A DNA stretch of 64,000 nt from Oikopleura dioica (Eukaryota; Animalia; Chordata): NCBI GenBank assembly GCA_907165135.1, contig OU015566.1, positions 7,192,001 through 7,256,000 of the forward strand, given 5' to 3'. The notes beneath the pieces are model-generated. The model saw only the letters and a list, made by a program, of their open reading frames with translations, was not told where the DNA came from and did no database searches. Shown one piece after another: positions 13,201 to 26,389 of the stretch; the stretch's first letter is position 1; every line of letters begins with the position of its first letter. The position numbers were made by a program, and so were the translations under genes.

Positions 13201-15813
13201 ATGGTTTTTTCATTCGGCGTTCCCGAGAAAGTTACTTTTGACAAGGCGCGTTGTGGCGACCTGCTGCAGACGGATGCCTACATCAATGGAAAATTTGTAA
13301 AGGAAGAGTTATTGAAATTTTAGTTCAAAGCCTGAAGACTTTTGTCGACTAGACTAAACTTCAGAATCCGACCCGAATCGACCTATTATTGAGCCTCAGA
13401 CTGTGCCTTAGACGCGAAAGTCGTAAGCATTTGGAAAAATGAATAACTTAATAACAGACCGGCGCAACATTTTCCGTCACAAACCCGGCTAATGGGGAAA
13501 AACTTACGGAAGTAGCAAGTTGTGACGCGAATCATACTGCAGCTGCGATTGATGCTGCTGAAGCAGCCTTCAAGACGTGGAGAAAAATGACACCGAAAGC
13601 CCGTGGAGCACTGGTTGCAAAATGGGGGGAGTTGATCACGTCAAATGCTGATAAAATTGGGGCAATTATAACTTTCGAAAATGGCAAGCCGCTTGGAGAG
13701 GGGAAAGGCGAAGCAAATTACTCAGGTAAACGATTTTTCCTTTCGTCTGTAGAGGCTTTTTCTAGCGTCTTTCTGCGAGTGGGCTGCTGCTGAAGGACGT
13801 CGCGTGCATGGCGAAACAATGTCAAGAAAGCGGTCTCTTCTGCCTCAAGTGTCTTATTTATTCATCCACTTGACGAGACATTCTGATTTACCGGCCTTCA
13901 AGACCAAAGAGACTTGACCGCTTTAATAGTCCTTGGGCCGATAGGAGAATCGTTACGATTAAGCAGCCCATTGGAGGAAACGTTTATTATTTCATAAAAA
14001 CCATCTTAAAAACTCATCACACGTGATGCGAAAGTAATGCAGCTTTGGGATAAAGAAAGAGCAAAATTCGAAAAAAGGAAAATCTCTTCCTTGATTTCAC
14101 CATCATTTTTTATTCCTACTGTAGTGGATATTGTGATGATTTTGAATAAGAAACCCGATTAAAGTCGTTGGAATGATCGCTCCATGGAATTTCCCTGCAG
14201 CTATGATTGCAAGGAAAGGAGTTTTTATTCAAAACGACCATGTCAAAAACGACTTGATAAGGAGCAAATAGAAATTCTTTTTGAAAGAAAAGTAGCGCCA
14301 GCTATTGCTGTTGGCTGCACGGTGGTTATTAAGCCAGCAGCATTAACCCCTCTTTCCGCTCTGGCCTTGGCGAAACTCGCGGACGAAGCTGGCATCCCTG
14401 CGGGAGTAGTGAATGTTCTACCGACGAGCGAGGAACTCACGGCCACTGTCGGAGAGACTATTTGTCGCAGCCCCAAGGTCACAGCGCTTAGGTTCGTTTA
14501 TAAATCTACATTGGAAACACTCAGATGTTCAGCTTTACCGGGTCCACAAGAGTCGGCAAGCTGTTGCTAAGCCAATGCGCTGGAACAGTTAAGAAATGTT
14601 CCATGGAACTTGGAGGACAGGCTGGTTTTCATGAAGATTCTTGCATGCCAATTTCCCTTCAGAAAGACATCTGTCAGCACAAAAATACTCAAGTCCGCCT
14701 GAAAAGTCGAGATATTTTCCAGTAGAATATTTTTATTTCCGAAGGCAAAGTTCATTTTTTTCTGAGGCTAGTTTATTTTTCATGAAATCTTGAAAAGGCA
14801 CCATTTATTGTTTTCCCTTCGGCCGATTTGGACAAAGCCGTCGCAGGCCTAATGGCTTCCAAAGTAAGTTTTTCCGATTGAGAAGCTCTAGTCAGCGTTT
14901 AACAATTAATAAGTCCGTGGACCACCTAGCCTGAGCCTCACGTTTTTTGTTTTAGTTCAGGAACACCGGGCAAACCTGTGTTTGCTCCAACAACATCATG
15001 GTCCATGAGGACGTTCACGACCAGTTTGTTGCTAAACTCGTCGAAGCTGTCAAGAAGGAGCTCAAATTTGGCGATATCTTGAACGGGGCCACCATGGGAC
15101 CAATGATCAACCAGATGGGCGTTGACAAGGTAGCAAAATTCGAAGCTTTCAAACATCGCATAATTCAATAATCCAAAGGTCAAACGACATCTTGAAGACG
15201 CGCTGGAGAAAGGAGCGAAGCTAGAAATCGGTGGCGGATCACTTGGCGGACTGTACTTAGAACCAACTGTAGTGAGCAATGTTTCGTGGGAGTCACTTTG
15301 CTTCAAAGAAGAGACATTTGGACCCCGTAAGTTTTCAAAGTAGAATGATTCGCGTAAATTTCTAGTGGCTGCGATTGGAAAATTTAAGGAAGAAGAAACA
15401 GTTATTGATTTCTTGAATACGTCACGTGTTGGTCTAGCTGGGTATTTCTTCAGCAGAGATGCTGGACAGGTGTGGCGAGTCGCAGAGGCTCTCGAAGGAA
15501 AATGATTATAAATTATAATAATAACAGACATTCAATGCGGGAAAGATATTCACACCTTGATCTTTCTGAAATTGAAATTCTAATCATTTGCAGTCGGCAT
15601 GGTAGGAGCGAACACAGGAATGCTCAGGAAGGGATTAGATACGTTTATTATTACGCTAAAGTCTCATAAGAATTATATCATATTTTTTCCCCCAAAAGTT
15701 GCTGCGAGGCTCCATTCGGAGGAGTCAAAGAATCCGGTCTAGGACGAGAAGGAGCACTGATCGGAAGCGAAGAGTTTTTAGAAACTAAGTACATATGCTT
15801 TGCCGACTGTTAA
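13201..15813 (+). CDS. ALDH5A1: Succinate-semialdehyde dehydrogenase (NAD(P)+), multi-exon
   Basis: [60 protein letters not shown] (catalytic Cys), [21 protein letters not shown]; stop TAA 15811-15813. Confidence 0.95.
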
Positions 15814-16154
15814 CTACTGTCGACGCCAGATGTAGACACAAGATGTGACTCGTGTTCTCCTTTTACATCTGCCAACTCATGACTAGAAGAGACTGTAGAA
15901 AAACTGAACAAAAATAAATTTAATTTTGTGTCCAGAGGTCCTTTATTTTTTTCAACAAATGTGCAGTGAGACTGTGAAAAGGGAGGGAAATAATAATTTA
16001 CAGGGAGAAGCTCATTTTTCTTGATGATTTTCTTTTTCCAAAAAGGAACATTCGAATCGAATAGTAAAATAACTAATAGAAGGAAAACGCATTTTCCGGG
16101 CAGACTTTGAAGAGCGATCGCAACCAGAAATTGGTTTAGTAGACTTTTGACTTC

Positions 16155-19100
16155 TTATTCCTGAAAAATATTGTTAAAGAGCTGGTTTCTTATCTAAGAA
16201 GGTGATTTTCTTCCTTGATTTCAATATTTTTCGACTTACAGAAAATTCGACTTTGTGCGTGATTTCGCCCATTGAGGGTGTTTGAGGTTGGCTAGTTGGA
16301 GGTTGCGCGGTCTGAGCTGCTTGTTGGGGTGCCCCTTGTTGCGGCTGCTGGGGCTGTTGTTGAGGTTGCTGCTGGGGTGGCTGCGGTTGCTGGGGAAAGA
16401 CATTTTGTCCGGGAGGAGTGAGCTCGAACGGCTGTGGCGGCTGGTTCGGATCTCCGAGCGGATTGCCGTCCATTGAGTTCTGCATAAAGCCGTTCATCAT
16501 GCCCGAGAAATTGCTCATTTGGCGCAAGCGCTTCAACTCGTGCTCAGCTAAAAATGGATCAAAGTTAAAATCGTGGCATAAGGTTATTAAGTGCTTACCA
16601 GAGTCCATATCGCCATTGCGCCGTTTGAGGCCAGACTTCTGATTCATATGGCGTTCTAAAAAGCATTTCATTAATAAATCATTCATCCAGGGTCAAGGGA
16701 AGAATCAAGGGACTTTGTTTTCAACTCTGTCTGGTCGCTCGGCAGGAGGGAACACCTGATCGCGTGGCTCAAATCCGATCAATCTGGGGCGTCGGAGATG
16801 AAAATTTACTAAAAAATGTCGCATTGGTTTGGGGGTGCAAGCCTCGGCGGTGCCAGATTTCAGCTGTTTCTCTAGCTGCTACTGACTCCGCTGGGCGCCA
16901 CCAAGAGCGAGAAGGTCCCTGGTGCTTTTTTATGACCCGAGCATCGAAATCGATACTGCTGATACTAGTTGGTAGTGATATGGAGCACTCACGGTTCTGT
17001 GGCGCGTGGGTTACTCTGCCTACTTGTACCAACTGCCACTCAACTGGTGCTTTAACAACTTCATGCGACCCCCAAACAGCTGACTAATAACATCCTATGC
17101 GCGGCACTACACCACCTCCCGAGCGCCAAATCTTGTTAGAGAGAAATGCATCAGGAGTAAAAGAGATCAGGTGCCAAAGGTAAAGTATTCATTTTCATGT
17201 GCTTATGTCCTTATCTATTCCCTTTATCCCACACTTGAGAGATTCAAAGAAAGAGCCTCCGAGTTTGTATATTCTCCTTGCATAAAAACTTGAGTACGTT
17301 TTTCCAGATGCGAAAAAAACGCTAGTGCCACGAGTTAACTGTCGCTTAGGCTTTCTGTGTATTCTGTCGGCAGGTGGCGGCGGAAGAGCTTTGATGCCGA
17401 TTCTCGCGCTTCTTTCGTGCGAGAAATAATTAATGAGAAAACTGCGCATTCGGAGTACCTGTCAAAATACTGAGAGAGAGTTTCTCATTCGTGCTTGTTT
17501 CTAAGGGAAGGCACTTCAAAAGAGCAAAAAGTGTCAAATGTTTTTATTCAAGGTGTAAACAAAATTCCTGTCAAAAACAATCCCACCTTTACAATCGATT
17601 TTTTACTGTAACAGTCTACTTTTATGGAGCGTTTTTTGGGAGTTAGGGGGGAATACGACCACTTTGGACCATTTTTACCTCTGAGTTCAATTTCCAACTG
17701 CATGATAACTTGAACTGCTTGTTGAAGAATCGTCAGTTTCGTCTGTGGCTTGTCCGACTTCGTATGCATCTGGCACATTCTGCCAAGCTCCTTGAATGCC
17801 TCGTTGATATCGCGGACCCGGAGACGCTCTCGCGCGTTATTCGCAAGTCTTAAGTGAGCACTAAGTAAAGATAAGAGCTAAAAACGAATTTCATCAATGA
17901 TAAACAATTAAAACAAGGAAAAAAAAACGTATTGTTTACAAAGCTACTTAGAAATTGTAAACGCAACGGGCAAGAACCCAGCTGCGACCTCATTTAGAAG
18001 CTATTCTCTGTCAGTATTAAGCTGGGATGAGAGAGGTAATCCCTGTGTCCCCAAATGAATCAAAATCCTCAAATCACTCATCCAAAACGCTAATAATGGA
18101 TCGCCAACAACTACGCTTATCTCCTACAGCTGTGACAAAAAAACCGCAAACTTAGGAACCAAAAATGAAAACTTATCACCCAAAAATCCACGAGATAAAA
18201 ACCCATATGGAGCTGAGGTTTTTGTTTTTCTTAAAAAATTCTAGTGACAAGAGTTTTTATTTAGAATAAACAAGTTTTATCTCCTTATGCTTGAAAATCG
18301 GAAATATTCGCCAAAAAATTAAGGGGATTTACTTCGAATGATACCTTCGTTCTTTTTCTCTCCGCTCGCGTTCTTCTGGAGAGAGGTCCTCCTCGTTGAT
18401 TTTCATTCCAGGTGGGGAGCCATCGAAGACTTTGCGGTCCTCAGGGCTCATGGCTGGCGCGTTCTTCGATTTTCTTCCATCGGGTGTTTTCAATAATCCC
18501 CCTGGATGAAGTCCTGGTGCCAGTCCTCGCAAGAGCTCCGGGTTCATCTTAAGAGTTTTTGAGTTATGGGAAGATAACTGTAAATTGAATTGCTTGGTGA
18601 CATTTGCCAACTGTCAGCAGGTGGGAAGGGACTCCTCCGGGAACCGGGAGTGTGCCCAAAAAAGCGTAAGTACACACATTATGCCACGTGTGGAATTTGT
18701 ACAGATAGAATAGTGACTTACCATTCCTCCTGGAATATTAGGATATCCAGCCGGCCAGCCAGGCATATTGGCGTAATCAGCAAAGCCGTTTGGAACGTTG
18801 GGGAATTCGCCAAGAGGAGGCATTCCTGGATACATCTGAAAGAAAAAGTTGAAGGAAATCTGTCAAAATATTTTATCCGCTCGGTCGCCCCAGATCTTCC
18901 CAGAAAAAAAACTTACAACTGTAGCATGATTACTAAATAGAGCCTGAAATGCCTAATTAAAGTGGCAATAAGAAGTAGTAGTGCCTACTAAGATAGGCAC
19001 CTCCCACGTGCCGAGACTAAGGGTGTTAGGATAAGACGGGCACTTTGTTGATTGGGACTCGAGGAGGGGCACTTGAGCTCCGAAATTGCAAAAAGGCGCG

Positions 19101-21553
19101 AAATTTGAGTCGCCTCAATTGAGCGCGACTCATCATTAGCTTGTTTGGAATTGCAATGATTGCGCAAGCTCTAGAAATATTTTCCCAGCTGAAGCGAAAA
19201 GAAATGATCTAATTCGACTCTTGTAGGTAAAATGATCGTGACAGCGAGGTGTCACCAGTGACATCAAGTGGCGATAGTGTCACGGAAGTAGAAAGCCTTT
19301 GCCGAAAATTGGAGTATTGTTGTTGAGCTGAAATTGTTGTATAGATAGACTTTGAACTAGCGAAATGGTACTTTGAGCTTAGCGAGTGAGAGGACATTAT
19401 CGCTTTTCTATCGGCCCTGGCGGAAGATACCAAAATACTCAACGCCAAAATTACTTGACTGGATGTTTGCTAGGTATTGACGCCATCGCAAAGATTGGAC
19501 ATTGCGGGGCCTAAGATTGTCTCGAATTCTGATGTTTTATCGACTATCTTGGACCCTGAAAATCCGATTTTTAGGAACGGCTTTGGTTGAAAAAGAGCAA
19601 TTTCTGAAAAAACTTTCCAAAAGCGATTTCAACTTAGAAGTGCGCAGGTGTACATTCATCTCAATTTCAGGCTTGTTTAGTCACGTGATTGACGCTAAAT
19701 GTTGTTTAGCGCAGAGCTGCCTCCACCGCGCCGCGCAATAATTCCTCAGGTGCTTAAGAAATTTGCCCAAATTACGTTTCTTTTTGCATTCTTGGAATTT
19801 CCCAAACTCCCGAAGCAAGAAATAAGGGATATAGACTGCCGCTCGCGTGGAACGTGTTAAGGGCGGGTAATAAGCGACTGATAACGACACCTGTGGAAAC
19901 TGATAAAGAGACACCATTGTCCAACTAATTCAAACATCTCGATTAAAAAATTTAAAGACGGGCACTGCCAAATTGACCGTGCACTTGAATTTCACGCAAT
20001 TTTGGAGCAGATAAGAATTAAGGACATCCACATGGATAATTAAATAATTCTTATCGAGCAAAATACTCGTCAATGATTATTCAAGATTTTCTTCTATATA
20101 AAATTCCCGAGAAAATTGTTCTTGACACACTTTTTTCCCTAGAAAGCGAAGTTGTTTTACAAAAGTGCGAAAATTAAGCCCCATCACATGATTGCTCTGC
20201 GGAAAGATTGGCCTACTTCAAAGCGCGGCACCATCAAGCCAGGAGATAAATTTATCTTGGTGTTACTATTATATTTGCAGTGCAAAAACATTTCACAAAT
20301 ATTGGCGCCGCGGAAAGGGTTTTCGCTGAAACAACTACAAAATCTCCTTGATGAAAGCGGAATTGGCGGGGTTTTGATTTATGCAGGTGAGCTGGAAAAA
20401 TTTACTTTTTCGAAAATTGGCGAAATTTTGTGTATTATTTATGAAGAATGATATCATTAAGGGGACCCTTAGGGTTCGCATTCCATCGCCAAAGACAGTC
20501 GTAAACTACCCTGACTCGTATATCCGCAGCTATTGACTAGATATCGCCCATTTTATCCCGCTCACGGGAGCCGGAGCAATAAGTGCGCCAGTGATGACAA
20601 TAATGAACCCCTTGCAAAATGTCAGGGTCATAACAATTATCTATTTCGAGTTTCAATAAAAACGTAAAACGGGCTTTGATCGTCTCGTAATCAGGATGCT
20701 CAGAGTAGGAAGTATTACCGTGGCCACCTACTAAGCGGCCCAAAATGTCAAAGACATGATTCAGAATCTGTAAAATGTCTATTTCTAGGACCTGACATTC
20801 AGGTCTTTTTTTATCAAAGAAATCATAATAAAAAATTTTTTGGGAATCATAAAGGAATCATTTTGGCTTTTGTTCAAACGCTAGAATCAAGGATTTGTGA
20901 CAGGTAATCCCGAAATTTCTGATAAATCGCAGCTTCCAAATTGTCCGAAAATTCAAATTTGCGCTACACTTGAAGCTGTCAAAATCTCCTCGCTGTAAAA
21001 AATTCTGGTGCACTAGCGATCCAGCACCAGGCCTCTCTTTTTTATTTACCTTCAATCTACGACGACCAAAATAGTTTCATTTTCTATTCACTCATGATCT
21101 TTGTAATCATGATATTAAAAAGCCATTTAATGAGCGTCATAAAATGTAAGAAAAAAATGATGTCGAGCGCAATTTATACAAGTCAAGTTTGAAAAAAAGA
21201 AAGAGAAAGAGGGTCCTTTGTTGAGTTTTTTGTCTTGTCGGATCGGAGGGTGATCCCGGCCTCTATTCATGCCCCGACCGAGCGGCTTTAGCAGCTAATT
21301 CAAGGCAGGGCTCTCGACGGAAATATTAAGCCATGGATATAAAATTGAAAAACTGGAAATGAATGAGAAGTAGTTAGTAGAAAATACCATCATCATTCTT
21401 TCCAATGATCAAAATTATTCATCGGCTGAGTAAAATCTCGGAAAATAGAGCATCTTTTCTGTAGAAAATTTGACCTACCATTCCGTTGCCGTTTTCTCCA
21501 CCAGGCCATCCTGGGAGACCAGAAGGGTAGGGCCATTCTCCAGTGGGGTTCAT
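16155..21553 (-). CDS. E-protein (class I bHLH, TCF3/4/12/daughterless family), paralog B
   Basis: Exons 21553-21479 (MNPTGEWPY...), 18835-18722, 18547-~18347, 17848-17679 ([52 protein letters not shown]), 16655-16599 ([13 protein letters not shown], like ERNLNPKAACLKRR), 16547-16240 (Q/P-rich), 16160-16155. Splice phases are consistent. Confidence 0.9.
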
Positions 21554-22103
21554 CTTTCCTCGTTGATTTACTGCTGTGGAAACTGTTGGTTACTGTTGAG
21601 GTCGATCTCTGTGTTTTTTCTCGAGTTGTTGTCTTTTTTTTGATGATTTCTCTGCTTCTTTGTATTTTTGACCAGTTGGTACTCTTGACTAACAATTCGA
21701 GTGGGTATTAGCCTCGTCCAGCTGGTTTCTGCTGAGCTCTATGTGTGCAGTGGCAGCTATTTAGTGGCTCCAGTCGGTCTGGCCTGGCGATCGTGGCGAA
21801 ACAGGAGCTCGAGCGCCGCTGGTGTCAGTCTCGCCGGCGCCCAGCTCATTCCGAGCCACTAGCTCTTAGGGTGGTCGCTAAAGCACCACCACCGACTTTC
21901 TGCCTGATATGGCGGAGTAATCCTAATCGACCGGGAGTTTCAATCAAAGTTAAAAAATTATGATACGAACAAGTAATTATTGAGCTTTTACGTAAAGGCT
22001 CGTAAAGATTTGAAGCGAGTAAGGGATTTTTATGGCAATTTTCATGATGCATGAAAATGTATATTCACCACTTAGACGGGCGATTCCCGTTAAAATTTTC
22101 CTA

Positions 22104-22217
22104 TTTAACGGATTTATTATTTCTAAAGAGAGTCGACATTTTAAAGGATTTTTCACAAATGAAGCTCGAAAATCTGTTAAAATGGCGACTTTCTAGACAA
22201 ATAATAAATCCGTTAAA
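22104..22217. repeat. Fold-back element (~47-bp imperfect inverted repeats, MITE-like)
   Basis: TTTAACGGATTTATTATTT (22104-22122) and its exact reverse complement (22199-22217); imperfect pairing continues inward. Confidence 0.75.
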
Positions 22218-24341
22218 AAGGGTTCCCAATATTTAAGTTGACAATTTTTGGTTATTTCAATCGGGTCATCGCTAAAATGTGTGAACAGTAAAACGCAAGA
22301 ATTCCCATTTTCCGGGCATAAATCCGCGCGATCATTTCTTTTCCGGATCTTTTCAATTTGCCGGATTCGGCTATCAAGAGATCTTTCTCGACACTTGCGT
22401 GATCAGATTTAATTTCCGGGTGTGGTCGGGCCGAGGTGAAAGGCGAAAATTTGGCGCGAGCTCATTCTCCCAGCCTCAGGAGATTGCGCAGATCATCCGC
22501 GATCGAGCTAATTGGCCTTGGCGTCAAATGATCGCCCGCTCTGATTTTTTGCCTGTCTTATTTTGTTGGCTGCGAACAGCACTATAAATAGCCCCCAAGA
22601 GTTTGATGAACCGGCGATTTACAATTTTCTAATTAGCGCAATTTTAAATTATTATTCAGGCTCAATGTTTTTAATTGTCCATTTCTTTGCTAAATTTTTC
22701 GTAAGACAAAGTTTCAGAAACAACATTTTGACACCCTTAATTTCATTTATACCTGAAATATTTCTTTCATTTTCATAGCTACAGTAGCGTCAAGAACGAA
22801 AGAATTACAGTATTGAAATTTGCACCTTTGCCATTAAGATTTTCCCAGAAGCTGTCGCGATAATTTGAGCCCCCTTCAAGTGCCGAAATTTTATTTCAAA
22901 TAATTTCTTTTGTCACTGCATAGGCTTCCGAGCCACCCTAAGATTTTAGTATTGACACCGATGTTTGAGCAGTCGAGATTCGCTTCGGCCCTGGTATAGT
23001 AGAGGCCAACCACCACACTCCGTGACTTTTTTTCTTCGCCATTTTTTCCTCCACCACCATCGAGGGTGTTTGTACATTCCATTCTACTCAGAGAGTCACC
23101 TTTTTTTATTTTACTACTAAGTGTGTTTTGCGCTCGTAACATATGATTAGAGGGCTATAACAAGGAGTTAAGCAAGGAGAAAGAGTAACCAGCTCGATCT
23201 ACACTGTGTGTTTTTGTGTGCAAATGGTCAGTGAGGTGCGCCCACAAGTGCACAAACACTCTGAGCTCCTCGGATCAAGCTCCGAGCTCAGCTGGACGGG
23301 GGGCGCCAACTTTTACCAATCCTGGAATATTGGAACTTGGAAACAATCTTTCGTAAATCGGTCTTTTTCGGCAGGTTTTTTGATCACGAAGATGCTGACA
23401 TCCTTAATTTTTGTAGGACGATATTCTCATGCACTGACAAATACAGAAAATATAGGAACAAAGAGATTAATAATTTGATAATAAAATTTTTATTTCTCAA
23501 TTAAAAAATAATTTACGTTTGAAACAGCCAGAACAAAGGGCTTAAAACTCATAAATAAAATATTTATCTAAGAATTTTTCGTATATTCGTACGAGAAATT
23601 GGAAACAAAATTGGTCTTCAATCAAAGAAGGAACAGTATTAGCAGGCAAAGGCATTCCAGAGCGGGGAACAAAGGAAGGGCGCGATTTTCAATTGAAAAA
23701 TGGCGGGTTACAATTGACGTTTCGAGTGTCAACACTTCCTATTTGGATTCAAGGACCATCGTATTAAGGGAATCAGAATTCCTTTCCACATGCCAGGGAG
23801 GGGAAATAAGGATTCAAGGGAAATCTTAATTTGGCTTTATTTTCCGCTCAGGTGATGTTGATTCGAGTCATTCGTTTATGGAAATATTTCTATTTACGGT
23901 GATATAAAATTATGCTGGTTGATGTAAGGAAACATCCGGTTCAGTGCTCTGCTTCGTCAAGGATCATTCAATTTGTCACGAGATTCGATCGTAACAGAAG
24001 AATCTTCCATCCTTCCTGAAATCTCCAAAATTATACATTTCCCCTCTTCTGAATTAATTCAACGAATAAATGGAAAAATCAATGCGCGTCAATCTGCCAC
24101 TCTCGATTTCAGTCGATTTCAGTATCTGCTGAACTTGAGAGTGAAAATTAACCGAACTCGTTACTAGTCATCCGTAAATGCTCTCGAGTTAACGACACGT
24201 GCTTAGCTGGCCTTAGACAAGTAAAAAAATGGAAATTATGGTTTATCGATAAATCAAATTCTGCCGTTGTTTTCACACTCCTGTTTTTACTCGGCCGATT
24301 TTATGGCATTTCAAATACACGTTTCCTCAAAAGACCCGAGA

Positions 24342-24759
24342 AGCCGCTTGCGGCTTCGAGCTTTAAGACCCCCGTCAGCTTTTTCCTTCGAAAAATGGAA
24401 ATTTTTAAAAACACCATATATTTGGTTCTTAATGCGACCTCAGGTTAAAATTGTTTCAAAAAACATGAAACTAGCAATATTTGACCAAGAAAAATCAATT
24501 TTTATGCCAAGATTGGAGCAAATTCGTCAATTTTCGACGAAAAGTCCAATTTTCAAATGCGATTTTGAAGGTGTTAGAGTCGAGATAGACCCCCAAAAAA
24601 GAACCCTTAAAATCGTTTTTGAACCGTAGAATCCATTTCCGGGGTCAAAACTTTAAAATTCCAAAATTTGATGTTTCGAAAAAAGCTGACGGGGGTCCCT
24701 TAATAAAAAAAGCCGCGCGAAGCGCGGCTTATATTTTAATTTCTCGAAGCCGCAAGCGG
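24342..24759. repeat. Triple-palindrome repeat (AGCCGCTTGCGGCTTCGAG family) interrupted by a TTAA-flanked MITE
   Basis: Arms at 24342-24360 and 24743-24759; removing 24367-24699 restores the layout of the copy at 25906-25991. Confidence 0.8.
24367..24699. mobile_element. Non-autonomous TIR element, TTAA target (Kolobok-like)
   Basis: TIR GACCCCCGTCAGCTTTTT (24367-24384) and AAAAAGCTGACGGGGGTC (24680-24697); TTAA at 24363-24366 and 24700-24703. Confidence 0.75.
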
Positions 24760-24905
24760 TATATCTTATGTTATAGTACATGTATATCTTTTATGGCGTT
24801 CTTACCCTTAGGTTTTGCTTGAAGAAAGTCTGATCAAGTTTTTTTATTATCAGAAGATAGAAAGATGATACACAGTTTGTAAACTGTATATAAAGTGATC
24901 CGAGT

Positions 24906-25133
24906 GTGCTTGATTTTGTTTTGCAGAAAGGCGGAAGGTACGAGCGCGAGGACAAGTTCCTAAAATACTATCCGCACTATCCAAGTGGCCCGAGTCAAGT
25001 ATCGCTTGGTGGCGTCGTTTTGACAGGTGCAGCACCCAACTTGAAACTTTACACAAGTGGCTCTAATTGGAACTGCGCGTACTTTGGAAGGCTTCGAAAA
25101 GATGATTCTTTTTTTATGAATCTTTCTTTCTGA
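24906..25133 (+). CDS. Possible coding exon of an unidentified gene
   Basis: Protein-like ORF (GGRYEREDKFLKYYPHYPSGPSQVSLGGVVLTG...NWNCAYFG) after an AG; no family recognised. Confidence 0.3.
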   Translation: MLDFVLQKGGRYEREDKFLKYYPHYPSGPSQVSLGGVVLTGAAPNLKLYTSGSNWNCAYFGRLRKDDSFFMNLSF

Positions 25134-25649
25134 AAATTTGTTATGTAAACAAAATTACATCCATTCGCATCTTCTGAAATCGCATCTTGAAAAAGCCATG
25201 AATGTGCGCGGAATTTTAACACAATTCATCTGACAATTGTTTGGTGGTGTCGCTGGTGCAAAAAGAATGATTCACTAGCACCGACATTCCTTAGATGACA
25301 AAGGTGCTACTAATGCGCCAGAATTAAGATCGATCGCTTGGTTTTCTGAAGCCAGTGGTTTGCAATTTCATGCCGATTTAGGTAGTAAGATAATATGTTT
25401 TGAGGAAAAAGGTACGAGTCAATTCCAAAATCGGAGAATTTTATGAAGCAAGAAAAACGCGATTTTTAGGAGAAATTACAGCTCAAAATTCTTAAACTGA
25501 TAATTACTCAAGAAAACCGAGAAGAAGAAAAAGGCCGCAAGTTTATTCTAGTCATTATCGCCGCTAATGATTTTCGGCAGTATATTCAGAGTATACTAAT
25601 CCCTTTGAAGCGGATGGCACTATCTTTCTGCACTAAGTGCTGTTTAAAC

Positions 25650-26170
25650 TTATCTCCGTTTAGGCGGCGGCGCAGCGGAAATAAACACATCTGAAGGCAC
25701 TTTGCTGGAATCACAACCAACACAAACCATTCCTGCCGATTTCCCCTTCCTCTTTTCTAGCGCGTCGATTTCCGACATCCACCTGCCGCAAAATAAGCAA
25801 CAATGACAGCTCATTTCCGAAATGGCGAAACATTTTTTATCGCTAATTGAGGAACAACAAAATTTGAAGAATTCATGACTCATGAGTAGAGCAACGGAAT
25901 CGAGAAGCCGCTTGCGGCTTCGAGTCGAAACAAAATCTAGCCGCGCGAGGCGCGGCTTTTTACAAATTTTCGCTCGAAGCCGCAAGCGGCTATTTGTCTT
26001 TTTGATTTTACTTTTGTGCTGCATTTAATGCGACTGATAACAAGTTTCAAGTTCTACTAAGACCTCTTATTCATGAGCCGTTCTATCTCCTTGGCGACAT
26101 ACTCGGACCCAGGTGGAGACAATAGCCGACACGAGTAGGTACACAAAGATGCCGGGATTACAACGCTCAT
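25650..26170 (-). CDS. Possible small two-exon Cys-rich protein (~111 aa)
   Basis: ATG at 26170 (MSVVIPASLCTYSC...LMNK), phase-2 GT donor, joins in frame to SHEFFKFCC...HCCLFCGRW...VCVGCDS...PKRR*. Acceptor is weak. Confidence 0.35.
25906..25991. repeat. Triple-palindrome repeat, intact copy
   Basis: Perfect 19-bp inverted arms AGCCGCTTGCGGCTTCGAG (25906-25924) and CTCGAAGCCGCAAGCGGCT (25973-25991), central palindrome AGCCGCGCGAGGCGCGGCT (25939-25957). Confidence 0.9.
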
Positions 26171-26389
26171 GACAATTGTATATGTTTTTATGTGATCCTA
26201 CGCAAAAAGCGAAGGAGCGAATTTTATTTTCAAAAAATGATGAAAAGGAAAAGAAGCGAAATTATACAATTGTATAATCGAATTTCTGCCGTTGTGTTGG
26301 AATTTTACAAAAGGAACGAAATATAAATTATGAACAGGATTTTTGAAATTTTGAACAAAAATAGAAACAAGCTGATTTTGAAATAAGAC

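Noticed and set aside
16769-17083. Alternative terminal exon for E-protein B
   Set aside because: The phase-1 acceptor at 17084 gives VSCLGVA* only; the longer ORF is in another frame, and the region looks regulatory.
20534-20539. Abutting convergent stop codons (TGA|CTA) of two nested ORFs
   Set aside because: The plus-strand splice phase points to a different frame that stops earlier, so adjacency is probably chance.
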